Part shown: positions 40,299-49,641 of the stretch, piece after piece
Position numbering within the stretch: position 1 is the first letter of the stretch
Layout: every line of letters starts with the position of its first letter
Assembly (NCBI GenBank): GCA_029838195.1
Contig: JALGVJ010000026.1
Location: 1-50,958 of the forward strand
DNA from: Promethearchaeota archaeon
Lineage (GTDB): Archaea > Asgardarchaeota > Lokiarchaeia > Sigyniarchaeales > SOKP01
Length of the DNA: 50,958 nucleotides
Direction: 5' to 3'
The notes under the pieces: generated by a model
Databases searched by the model: none
What the model was told of the DNA's origin: nothing
What the model saw: the letters and a program-made list of their open reading frames with translations, nothing else
Translations under genes and position numbers: made by a program

Positions 40299-40561
40299 AC
40301 TCAAGCTTCTTAAGAACATGCATGAGTGCTTCAATTGATATCATGGTATATATTTGAAAATTTATTTAGTGAAGCTCATGCAATTGTTCTAATCTAGTGT
40401 AAGGAAAGGTAAAAAAAAAATTTTCTGGAAATATCATGGGGAGGAGATTAGTTAGGGAAAAGAAGTTGAGGAAAGTCATACATTTATATTTTGGTTCTCT
40501 TATTATAATAATAACCATAAAAAAGGAGTAGAAAATAACGAGAGGAAAGCGTGGATAGACC

Positions 40562-40993
40562 ATGGCTGAAATGTTAATGGATTTACTTCAAAATATTTAT
40601 AATCGCATTTCACAACTTGGAATGAGCATTCAGAGTTTAAAGCAATCCTTGGACGAACTAAACAAAAACATAGAACGTCAAATTACCAATTTAACAGAAA
40701 AGATGAGTGACTTTTCAAAAGAAATAGAAATCACGCAGACGAAGCACGTTTCGACAATGAAAGATATAGGAGAAGAGGTGACGAGGGAGTTAAAGGTGTT
40801 AGAACAAGATATCGGATTAGAGGCCTTTAAAGATATTATGGCAAAATTAGAAACTTTTTCGCAGATAGCAGAAGAGGTATTGAATCAAGAAAACGTGAAC
40901 TTGCTATTATCGGAAGCCATTAATTCCGTGAAAGAGATGAGAGAAAACCTCAATAAAGGTGAGGAAATAACCAAAACCGGAGAGAAAGGATAA
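40562..40993 (+). CDS. All-helical coiled-coil protein
   Basis: Continuous heptads, no Pro, no TM segment. Confidence 0.75.
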   Translation: MAEMLMDLLQNIYNRISQLGMSIQSLKQSLDELNKNIERQITNLTEKMSDFSKEIEITQTKHVSTMKDIGEEVTRELKVLEQDIGLEAFKDIMAKLETFSQIAEEVLNQENVNLLLSEAINSVKEMRENLNKGEEITKTGEKG

Positions 40994-41016
40994 AATAATG
41001 GAGGTTGAAAAGAAAA

Positions 41017-41445
41017 ATGGCTGATAATGCAGAAGAATTATTAAATGAAATGATAACAAAAATCAATCTCATAACTAATTCCTTGGATGGTACGATTGCT
41101 CAATTAAATAAGATGAACGAGTCAATAAGGGATATGAGGGAGAAGTTTAGTGAAGAGATCGTGAGTCTGACGGAAAATATTAGATTAATAGTGGAAGTAT
41201 TGAAGCAATTTCGAATTCGCTCGAGCAAGGAAATGCAAGAGCTTTCAGAGGAATTTAATAAAAAGATAAAGAAATTTTATGAACAAGAGAGAATAAAATC
41301 AATAACCCAACAAGAGCGAGAAGCTATAGATCTCATCAAGCAAGCATCGCGTGCGGTATCGAATAATTTATATTACGTGCAGTTGTTGTCCATTATTAGC
41401 ACGATTCGAGAGGAAGTTAATAGGATAATGGGCGTGATTAAATAA
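41017..41445 (+). CDS. All-helical coiled-coil protein
   Basis: Continuous heptads; ATG 41017 follows a GGAGGT SD. Confidence 0.75.
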   Translation: MADNAEELLNEMITKINLITNSLDGTIAQLNKMNESIRDMREKFSEEIVSLTENIRLIVEVLKQFRIRSSKEMQELSEEFNKKIKKFYEQERIKSITQQEREAIDLIKQASRAVSNNLYYVQLLSIISTIREEVNRIMGVIK

Positions 41446-41621
41446 AAGATATAGCCGTTTCAGGAAACCATTAGCGTGGACATTAGCATAATCTTCTTAA
41501 AGAAGGAGGATGACAATAATGGCTACAAAAAGGAAATTTATGGAGAATGATTTTTAAAAAGGTATTTAATTTTTATCTCTTTTTATATAATTAGTTTGAT
41601 ATACCAGAGCGAAATTTATAC

Positions 41622-42512
41622 ATGGCGCGAGGTTGTTTTTGTTATATTTTTTCGGATCTGAAGGTATTGGGACAATATCTCAAGAAGGAGTACTCCAATT
41701 TTAAAATTTCTAATGATCTTCTTCTCAGATTAAATTTAGATCATGAAAAGAATGCATTTAATTATCTCAAGATAAAGGACATGGCTGTTTTGTCTTATCT
41801 CCATGAAGTTACATCAAAATTACGTCGTAATCTTCCACGATTTGTTTTAGCCATACTTTTAGAGGAGGAAGAAGATCCAGAACGATTCCGACCTTCCTTA
41901 AAAAAAGCTACTAATGAACTGGAAAAATTAGATCTTATCTCTTTATCAAGAGAAGAATTTGATGAGCACCTTAAAAAAATTTATGAGGAACATGTAGAAA
42001 CGTTATTTGACATCTTAGATCCCGAAAATATGAAAGAACGAGTAATAAATCGCACGAAAAACATGTTAAATGGGGGAAGGAAGGATAGAAAAATAGCCCA
42101 AGAACTTTTAGAAAAAATTGAAGAAAAATTACCAGAAAAACTCTATTCTATCTACACGATTGCTGAACAGGCTTTTAAATCGGAAGATCATGAAAAAGCA
42201 GCAAAAAATTTTCTTAAAGCAGCGGAAGTGGCTGAAGAATTACTAGAGATGGATTTATCTAAAGCATTTAAAGAACGAGCACGCATTTCAAGAGAAATCC
42301 CCTCCTTATCGAAAAAGATGGAGGATTTTCACTCAAAGGCAAAAAATGCATTAAGAAACGAAGATTTCCATCAGTCTTACCTGTATTATAAAAAAGCTAG
42401 TGAAATTGCTAAAGAATTAATGTTGGGTGATAAAGAGGAAGAATTTCGATTAAAATCTAAAGCGTTACAAGAATTTTATCAAGTAGATCAACGCTTTCGA
42501 AAGAATAAATGA
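41622..42512 (+). CDS. Protein with alpha/beta (longin-like?) N-domain and TPR/SNAP-like helical hairpins
   Basis: N-terminal strand pattern ending in FVLAILL.EEEDP..F...L; repeated AEQAFKSEDHEKAAKNFLKAAEVAEEL and AKNALRNEDFHQSYLYYKKASEIAKEL. Confidence 0.55.
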   Translation: MARGCFCYIFSDLKVLGQYLKKEYSNFKISNDLLLRLNLDHEKNAFNYLKIKDMAVLSYLHEVTSKLRRNLPRFVLAILLEEEEDPERFRPSLKKATNELEKLDLISLSREEFDEHLKKIYEEHVETLFDILDPENMKERVINRTKNMLNGGRKDRKIAQELLEKIEEKLPEKLYSIYTIAEQAFKSEDHEKAAKNFLKAAEVAEELLEMDLSKAFKERARISREIPSLSKKMEDFHSKAKNALRNEDFHQSYLYYKKASEIAKELMLGDKEEEFRLKSKALQEFYQVDQRFRKNK

Positions 42513-42557
42513 AGATTAAGCATTCGCATGCTAATTTTTTCAATGATTTAATAAGGG

Positions 42558-43394
42558 GTGAAGATACCAATGCGAAAGACAATTGGTCTTTTGACTGATT
42601 TTGGATGGAGAGGACAGCATTATATTGCTAGCATGAAGGGAGTAATTTTAAATATTAATCCGGAAGCCACGATTATTGATGTATCTCACTCTATCTCTTC
42701 ATATTCAATAATTGAGACTCAATATATTCTTACATCTACACGGAAATATTTTCCCGGGGGCACTGTTTTTATAATTGTAATTGATCCCGGTGTAGGAAGT
42801 AATCGGGAAATATTAGCCCTAAAGACAGTTGATAATAAATTTTTCGTTGGTCCAAATAATGGTATTTTCTCGTCAATTATAAATTCAGAAATTGCTGAAT
42901 GCGTTAAAGTAGAAAATAATAAATATTTCCTACATCCCGTTTCCCATACTTTTCATGGAAGGGATATCATGGCGCCCGTTGGAGCTCAAATATCGAGAGG
43001 AATTCCTCTCAATGAAATGGGGCCTCCTTTCAATCTTGATGAAATTGTTAGAATAACGTTAATATTAGATATAAATGAAAAAAACAAAGAAATTTCATGT
43101 ACAGTGCAATATATTGATGCATTTGGAAATATCACGACGAACGTGCGATTAACGGAAGATAATCACGTAGCAAGTTCTACGCTTTATTTTCAAAAGGATT
43201 CTTTGGTTACTCTCATTCAAGAAAACCAGAAAATAACTAAAGGAAATTTTTCCACGCATTATGATAAACTTGGAAAAGGAGAACTTTTATTCATGAGAGG
43301 TTCTACCAATTATCTCGAAATTTCTAAAAATCAAGCCGATGCAGCACGAGATCTTAACATTAAAATAGGAGATGTGATTAAAGTTGTATTATAA
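42558..43394 (+). CDS. SAM hydroxide adenosyltransferase (DUF62, chlorinase/fluorinase family)
   Basis: LLTDFG, VIDPGVGS.R, GPNNG, TFHGRDI, IDAFGN. Confidence 0.93.
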   Translation: MKIPMRKTIGLLTDFGWRGQHYIASMKGVILNINPEATIIDVSHSISSYSIIETQYILTSTRKYFPGGTVFIIVIDPGVGSNREILALKTVDNKFFVGPNNGIFSSIINSEIAECVKVENNKYFLHPVSHTFHGRDIMAPVGAQISRGIPLNEMGPPFNLDEIVRITLILDINEKNKEISCTVQYIDAFGNITTNVRLTEDNHVASSTLYFQKDSLVTLIQENQKITKGNFSTHYDKLGKGELLFMRGSTNYLEISKNQADAARDLNIKIGDVIKVVL

Positions 43395-44557
43395 TGGGAG
43401 CTTATAATAAAATGGAAGAAGAAGATGAAACTATAGCTTGTATTAAAGAGGAACATATTAAATATTTAGAAACGGGGCAATTATCAAAACATGTTTTTCC
43501 TCTTTCAAGAAAAGAAGCTCATAAAAAAAAAATTTGTCACCTGATTGTTCGCGTTTTTTTAATGAGTTTAACTCCAAACGATGAGATATTGTTTCTTGTT
43601 CAAAAACGGAGTAGAAATAAAAAAAGTTATCCGAATTTCTTTTCGGATTCTTCTTCTGGACATGTAATGTATAAAGATCGATTAAATTTTGAAGAAATTA
43701 AAGAAAATGCGTTGAGAGAGATTGAAGAAGAATTAGGAATTCCTCCAAAATCGATTCAATTACTTCATTTTGAAAGAATTGAAAGGGAAAAGGATGAATT
43801 TACGGGAGAAATCGCTTATGTTTTTTTCGGATTGGTAGATTCCAATGTCAAATTAAAGCCCAATCCTAAAGAAGTAGATGTAAATGCAACTAAATTTTAT
43901 ACTAAAAATGATTTAAAAAAAATTTTAGCTCAAAGAACTGTTGTAGATTATTCGAGAAAAATTTGGAAGGAACTATTGGAATCAAACATGAAATCTCATT
44001 TTGAAAAGGTGATGGACAATAATCCTGATAATAAAGGCTTAACGGGCTTGTTTATAGGGAGATTCCAACCCTTTCATCATGGACATGTTCATGTCCTTAA
44101 TATTATGAGAAAAGAGTGTCAATTCATGAAAATTGGAATTGGAAGTGCTCAGTTATCTCACGAAAAAAATAACCCTTTTACAGCTAAGGAGCGTAGGGAA
44201 TTCATCAAAGCAGTCCTAAAGAAACGGGGCGTATCCCCAAAAACCTATGAAATTTATGAAATTCCTGATATTTTTAATGCTAATAAATGGGTTGACCATG
44301 TCATATCTATCGTAGGAAATTTTGATATACTTTATTCTAATAGTGATTGGGTGCGTGATTTATTTCAAAAAAAGGGATATAAAATAACTAAAAAGCATCT
44401 CATTTTTAAAAATAAATTTAATGGCACTCATATAAGAAATTTGATTAGTAAAAATGATAAAACTTATAGATCTTTAATTCCTAATGAAGTGATTGACATA
44501 ATAAACCAAATTGATGGCCTTGAACGCATCCGAAAATTAAATAAAATTAATAAATAG
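43394..44557 (+). CDS. nadM: Nudix hydrolase-NMN adenylyltransferase fusion
   Basis: N-terminal Nudix box ALREIEEELG; C-terminal FIGRFQPFHHGH, GIGSAQ, NPFTA.ER, NGT.IR. Confidence 0.88.
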   Translation: MGAYNKMEEEDETIACIKEEHIKYLETGQLSKHVFPLSRKEAHKKKICHLIVRVFLMSLTPNDEILFLVQKRSRNKKSYPNFFSDSSSGHVMYKDRLNFEEIKENALREIEEELGIPPKSIQLLHFERIEREKDEFTGEIAYVFFGLVDSNVKLKPNPKEVDVNATKFYTKNDLKKILAQRTVVDYSRKIWKELLESNMKSHFEKVMDNNPDNKGLTGLFIGRFQPFHHGHVHVLNIMRKECQFMKIGIGSAQLSHEKNNPFTAKERREFIKAVLKKRGVSPKTYEIYEIPDIFNANKWVDHVISIVGNFDILYSNSDWVRDLFQKKGYKITKKHLIFKNKFNGTHIRNLISKNDKTYRSLIPNEVIDIINQIDGLERIRKLNKINK

Positions 44558-44570
44558 AAAGGGCGCCAAA

Positions 44571-45635
44571 ATGAACGAAATATTAGTCATTGACGGAGCA
44601 ATGGGAGAAGGAGGAGGCTCAATTATTCGTTTGAGCGTGGCATTTTCGGTCTTATTTCAAAAACCGATTAAAATCATGAATATACGGGCAAAACGCTCGA
44701 AACCAGGATTGCGATTGCAACATGTCTTAGGAATTAAAACATTGGCAAACTTAACAAAAAGTAAAATAAGTAAATGTGAAGTTGGTACAACAGAACTTAC
44801 CTTTATACCATCAAATGCTAAAGGAGTTGTTCAAGATCAACTCAATGTAGAAATTAATACTGCTGCAAGTTTGGGCTTGCTACTCCAACCCATCCAAATT
44901 GCTGCTATGGGGTTTGAAAACGCAGAAAAAGTAGAATTACTGCTAAAAGGTGGTGCTACATTTGGAAAATGGGCTCCCAGCATTAACTATTTAGAACACG
45001 TCACTTGGGAATTATTTAAAAAAGCGGGATTAACTGTCCATGTTGAAATTAAACGACATGGATTCTATCCTAAAGGAGGGGCGTTGGTACGTGCATCGAT
45101 ACTTGCTCCAAGAGAAAAATTAAAACCGCTCCATCTAACAGATTTAGGGTCATTTGATACAATTTATGCTGAAATCACGTGTTCTAATAGCTTGAAAAAA
45201 CCAAGAGTAGCAGAGCGAATTCATGATTCCATTGTCTACAATTTGAAAAAAAAAATTAGAAAGAATCATGAAATTAAATATAAATACGTGCATGCTTTTA
45301 GTTCTGGAGTGGGAGCATGCTTGTGGGCAAAAACCGATACAGGAGCCATCATTTCAAGCGGGACGATCCTTGGGGAAAAAGGTATTTCCTCCGAAGAAAT
45401 CGGTAAGAGAGCAGTTCAAGAGTTCTTGAAATATATCCAACATGAAGTTCCGGTAGATAATTATCTGAGCGATCAATTAATTCCCTTAATGGCTTATTCA
45501 AATGAACCCTCAACGATTAAGGTATTAGAAATCACTCAACATGCAAGAACAAACATGACTCTCTTAAAAAAATTCACGCCTCATGAATATAAAATCTCGA
45601 AAAAAAATGATTATTTTCTCATTCAATATCTTTAA
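44571..45635 (+). CDS. rtcA: RNA 3'-terminal phosphate cyclase
   Basis: IDG..GEGGG, NIRA.R.KPGL..QH, GFYPKGG, VD.YLSDQL, catalytic T.HARTN. Confidence 0.93.
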   Translation: MNEILVIDGAMGEGGGSIIRLSVAFSVLFQKPIKIMNIRAKRSKPGLRLQHVLGIKTLANLTKSKISKCEVGTTELTFIPSNAKGVVQDQLNVEINTAASLGLLLQPIQIAAMGFENAEKVELLLKGGATFGKWAPSINYLEHVTWELFKKAGLTVHVEIKRHGFYPKGGALVRASILAPREKLKPLHLTDLGSFDTIYAEITCSNSLKKPRVAERIHDSIVYNLKKKIRKNHEIKYKYVHAFSSGVGACLWAKTDTGAIISSGTILGEKGISSEEIGKRAVQEFLKYIQHEVPVDNYLSDQLIPLMAYSNEPSTIKVLEITQHARTNMTLLKKFTPHEYKISKKNDYFLIQYL

Positions 45636-45806
45636 CCCCAAAGAGAATGCCTTTTTTATTAATTGTGCGCATGTAATACCTTTATTGGTACCTCAGTCCA
45701 ATAACATGATTTTAATGTGAAGAATTAGATACTTTTATAACTTTGCATTTCTATTATACGGTTAGCAATAATGCAAGTAGAAAATTAAAAATAATCTTAA
45801 AAAAAA

Positions 45807-46745
45807 ATGGCACTAACCGAAACTTTCCAAAGATGCCCCCGATGTGGAAATGAAAATCCCTCAGACTCCTTTGCTTGCAGTTTCTGTGGAAAACGATTGA
45901 GAATAGAGAGAATCGAGCAAATTAATATTTTTCGAAGAGTTGAACAAGAATGGTATGAGCCTTTACCCTTTTATTATAAACTTTTATACCTTTTCATTAG
46001 ACCAAACGTGGCCTTCTGGGACATTAATCATAGAAGAAAAAGTGCCCCGGGCTACATCGTGCTACTTTTGAATTCTTTGTTATATGGATTAATGGGAGTA
46101 GCTATTCTTTCACGTTTTAGAATTACCAAGATCGGAGGCACTTCCGTAGGATTCTTTCATCCCGCCCTCTTTTATTATCGATTAACCGTCTTCTTAGTAT
46201 TTTTTGGATTTGGATTCATTTTTCAGCTCATCTTGTTTTCCGCTTTAATTTGGCTCTTTTCAAAGGGTGCTAATTATTCCGTGGACTTTTCTGCTCGCTT
46301 GGAAGCTCGATTCGGAGAGCGAGAAGAGGGTAAAATAAAATATTCGGAAGAATACCTTAGCCCATTTAGCATATATAGAGGAGGAACCCTCTTGCAAACC
46401 CAAGAAGCGTATAAATATAAGATGATGTTTTGTGCTTTTGCGCCCTTTTTATTAATCAATGCTATCAAAATTTTCATCATTCTTATAGCATTTCCAACCG
46501 TATCAATTTCCGTTTCTGGTACAATTGACCCAATCATTTTTGAAAAAATGTTTAACTCCCCCGCATGGGCTGCCATGGATGTCTTGGATGCCCTTACTAT
46601 AGGAATATGGGTTCCCATCCTAATCACCATCGCAATAAGAGAATTGGCTAACTCCAGCACGATTCGGGTCCTAATCCCTTCTCTAATAATCGGTATTATA
46701 TTCGCAATCCTCTTTTACTTCTTAAGACCCACCATTATTGGCTAA
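45807..46745 (+). CDS. Zn-ribbon plus Yip1-like multi-pass membrane protein
   Basis: CPRCG.EN...CSFCG, then LFIRP..AF and about 5 TMs with an AFAP motif. Confidence 0.65.
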   Translation: MALTETFQRCPRCGNENPSDSFACSFCGKRLRIERIEQINIFRRVEQEWYEPLPFYYKLLYLFIRPNVAFWDINHRRKSAPGYIVLLLNSLLYGLMGVAILSRFRITKIGGTSVGFFHPALFYYRLTVFLVFFGFGFIFQLILFSALIWLFSKGANYSVDFSARLEARFGEREEGKIKYSEEYLSPFSIYRGGTLLQTQEAYKYKMMFCAFAPFLLINAIKIFIILIAFPTVSISVSGTIDPIIFEKMFNSPAWAAMDVLDALTIGIWVPILITIAIRELANSSTIRVLIPSLIIGIIFAILFYFLRPTIIG

Positions 46746-47013
46746 ATATCTTAATTCTAAGCTCTCATTTGTCCTTATAATTCTGAAAGGCCTTTCATTT
46801 CGGTTATTATATTAATTTTTTACCATTTCGTTCATATTTATGTACTCGGCAGCTACAAGAATCCTCCAGATTTTTCTCGCACCTCTAGAACCACGAAAAT
46901 TTCTCTAATTCATGCTTTTCTGAAATGATAAAATTAATATTATTTTAATCCTTTTTTTCTTTATCTCGTTACTCTTAATTTCAAATTAATTATATGAATA
47001 GTGCAAATGTACA

Positions 47014-47283
47014 ATGCCGCGACCAGGACTACGCTCAAAAAGTCAAGCTCGGCACGATGTAAAAACCCCAGGAAATCGTACCGTGACCCATTATTGGAGA
47101 AAGAAACCTAAAAAAGCCCATTGTGCCGCGTGTAAAAAACCACTTCAATCCATTCCAAGAAAAAGACCTGCCCAAATAAGAAAAATGCCTCGAACCAAAA
47201 GAAGGGCAAACAGGCCCCAAAGTGGTAGATATTGCGCACGATGCCTCCAAACCATCATCCAACAGTCCATATGGAATCAATGA
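47014..47283 (+). CDS. rpl34e: 50S ribosomal protein eL34
   Basis: MPRP.LRS, KTPG, CAAC, R..RP..G.YCARC. Confidence 0.95.
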   Translation: MPRPGLRSKSQARHDVKTPGNRTVTHYWRKKPKKAHCAACKKPLQSIPRKRPAQIRKMPRTKRRANRPQSGRYCARCLQTIIQQSIWNQ

Positions 47284-47365
47284 ACTAATCCATTGGTTTC
47301 ATTCATATTTAATAAAGGTTTTTATCTTAACTCTCGATCAGTATTATTATTTTAAGGATAAATTC

Positions 47366-47905
47366 ATGATTGTTGCTTTAAGCGGGCTCCATGGAACGGG
47401 GAAATCCACCGTTGGAAAATTGGTCGCAGATTCACTTCATCTAAAATTTTATTCAACAGGAATGGCATTCCGAGAACTCGCCAAAGAAATGGATATGTCT
47501 TTAGAAGAATTTACGCACTACGTGGAAGCAAATCCCTCTATCGATGAACAACTCGATGCTAAAATCATTGAAATTGCTAAAAAAGGAGATGTATTAATTG
47601 AAAGCCAATTAAGTGGATATATCTTAAAAGATATTGCTGATGTTAAAATTCTTTTAACTGCCCCCCTTGAAATTCGAATTGAAAGAATAGCAAAAAGAGA
47701 TGGCGTCTCAATCGAAAAAAGCCGAAATGAAACCCTCCTCCGCGAAGCCTCAGAGCACGAACGTTTTAAAAAATTATATAACATCGATTTGAATGATAAA
47801 AGCGTTTTTGATCTTATCATCGATACGAGCTCCTTAACTATTGAGCAAGTCACCAACCTAATTCTACAGTTTATAAAATCCCATTGCTCCTCTCCAACGA
47901 GCTAA
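47366..47905 (+). CDS. cmk: Cytidylate kinase (archaeal type)
   Basis: SGLHGTGKST, G.AFRELA, ESQL, RE.SE..RF..LY.ID. Start set to ATG 47366. Confidence 0.92.
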   Translation: MIVALSGLHGTGKSTVGKLVADSLHLKFYSTGMAFRELAKEMDMSLEEFTHYVEANPSIDEQLDAKIIEIAKKGDVLIESQLSGYILKDIADVKILLTAPLEIRIERIAKRDGVSIEKSRNETLLREASEHERFKKLYNIDLNDKSVFDLIIDTSSLTIEQVTNLILQFIKSHCSSPTS

Positions 47906-48031
47906 CTTCTTAACCTCTTGTTAAAAGCAAAAAATTTTATTTCTATCACTTCCTTTATTCCCATGTTTATTTAGACTAGCAATTTAACTAGTACAAATAA
48001 ATGATATAATTTAATTTGGTGACAAATTAAA

Positions 48032-48307
48032 ATGACTAAAAACATATACGATATTGGAAGAATTTGCGTGAAAACAATGGGAAGAGAAGCAGGAAAACAC
48101 TGCGTCGTCGTGGACATCATAGATAAAAATTATTTACTCATCGATGGTTTAACCATCAGGAGACGACGAGTAAATTACAAACACGTCGAGCCTCTCGAAG
48201 ATATCATTGATATTCAAAAAGGTGCTTCTCATGATGAAGTAGAAAAAGCCATTAAAAAAGCGAAATTAACCGAAAAAATGAAAAAAGTAATTTCTATCCC
48301 TGTTTAG
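48032..48307 (+). CDS. rpl14e: 50S ribosomal protein eL14
   Basis: GRICVK..GREAG..CVVVDIID, RRRVN.KH.EP. Confidence 0.96.
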   Translation: MTKNIYDIGRICVKTMGREAGKHCVVVDIIDKNYLLIDGLTIRRRRVNYKHVEPLEDIIDIQKGASHDEVEKAIKKAKLTEKMKKVISIPV

Positions 48308-48322
48308 CGAAGAAAATAAAGA

Positions 48323-48455
48323 GCAACGGTAGCGCAGCCTGGTAACGCGCTGGCTTGGAGTTGATGAAAATGACTAAAAAGCCAGTGTCCATTTGGACTC
48401 GGGGGTTCAATTTTTCCAACATGTCGTTGATAAGGAATAAATCCCTCCCGTTGCG
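48323..48455 (+). tRNA. tRNA-Ser (GGA) with two introns (37/38 and 58/59)
   Basis: Acceptor GCAACGG/CCGTTGC-G73; long variable arm GTCC/GGAC; introns 48361..48379 and 48411..48440 each form BHB motifs. Confidence 0.92.
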
Positions 48456-48502
48456 CTTTATTTTTAATATTCATTCAAAATCCCCTTTCTTTTCTTCTCT
48501 AA

Positions 48503-49161
48503 CTATAAATTTGGACAAATGTGGACAAAATTTTCTATCTCTTTTTTATTTTTCTTCCTTGGTGAACCCCGCCGCATGCGATATAGCTTTCCCATGAACG
48601 AGTAGAGAATGGCCGTTAAATCGGTGATGAGTTCTCCGTGAGGGGTGTCTTCCACGACATGAGGATGAATTAATTCAAGAGATACGTTCCAACTATTCAA
48701 GAAGGTTTCAATGAGCAGCAACCCGAAGCGAGCCAGACAGTCCTTGTAACTCACCGGCACGACGTCAAATTTCCCTGCTGTAGCATCCCGTAGTAATGTT
48801 AACAGCCCTTTCCGCTTGTCATTGAGCCCGGAGCCCACGTCTGAATACGCCTTATAGAGGTGATATCCTTTTCTCACGGCATGTCCCTTGAGAAGGGCAA
48901 GCTGTCGATTTAAATCTCCCGATGCCTTTTGTCGAGTGCCGGATACTCGTCCGTAGAGGACCACCTTCTTTTTCTCATGGGGCTTCGCTTTTTCCCGAAG
49001 GAACGCAACGCCAAGATGCGTGCTCTCTTGTATCATTGATGATTGCCGGGTGTCCGGAAATCTGCTTTAAATTTTCCCGAGCGGTCCCACCTTCTTAAAG
49101 TTTTAGTACTGACGCCGAATGAGGAGGCAACATGTCCGATAGAGAGAAAGAAAGAGCTCAT
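48503..49161 (-). mobile_element. IS607-family serine recombinase (TnpA) pseudogene
   Basis: From ATG 49161 a MerR-like HTH (GVSTKTLRRWD..RTPGNH), then an in-frame TGA and a frameshift, then YGRVS, DVGSGLN.KRKGL, LARFG, GKLY..R. No tnpB adjacent. Confidence 0.85.
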
Positions 49162-49358
49162 GAAGAATGATCAGGAAAGACAATAAAAAAACTCCTTTAT
49201 TTTTGTATTCATGTCTAATTTTGTCCAAAATTGGTTTGACTAGTCGGCGACTGTGTATATTGGACTTGTAAAACAATAATCGAAATATATTAAGGGGTTC
49301 ATGCATGAGTTATTATTAATAATTATTCATAAAAACTAATTCATTATTGAACTGAAAA

Positions 49359-49521
49359 ATGGGAAGAATAATTTGCATTCCTGCGAAAGGCCCGGAATTA
49401 ACGGATGAAATTTCAGAACATTTTGGTCATTGTCACTATTTTATGGGTGTAAAGGTGGATGAAGGGAAAACTTGAAAAATTAGGCGGGCCCAGTTGTTCA
49501 GGAGGAAACCGTCATTTCTGA
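49359..49521 (+). pseudogene. NifB/NifX-family protein remnant
   Basis: MGRIICIPAKG..ISEHFGHCHYF joined out of frame to a C-terminus-like GKLEKLGGPSCSGGNRHF*; the middle is missing. Confidence 0.6.
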
Positions 49522-49641
49522 TTTTTTTTATATTTACCAATTGAAAAAAAATTCTTAAATTCACGTTAAGAATTAATGAATTATATGAGTTAAAAACAAG
49601 AGTTAACATATCTCGATTAAAAAAGAGGCAAACATAGAACC

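Noticed and set aside
40088-40302. SRP or RNase P RNA interpretation of the GC-rich structured island, and ORFs 40138..40344 and 40166..40357
   Set aside because: Too short and lacking their motifs; tRNA arms are recoverable on the minus strand, so the ORFs are incidental.
43394-44020. Type 1 isopentenyl-diphosphate isomerase
   Set aside because: The catalytic Cys motif is replaced by DSSSGHV.
48355-48597. 80-aa ORF
   Set aside because: Overlaps tRNA-Ser and the IS607 remnant.
49033-49035. In-frame TGA in IS607 tnpA as selenocysteine
   Set aside because: Falls at a conserved Arg position (GNHRRY-type) and is followed by a frameshift, so it is a nonsense mutation.
49473-49475. TGA in the NifX-like ORF as selenocysteine
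   Set aside because: Read-through is not NifX-like and the plausible C-terminus is in another frame.
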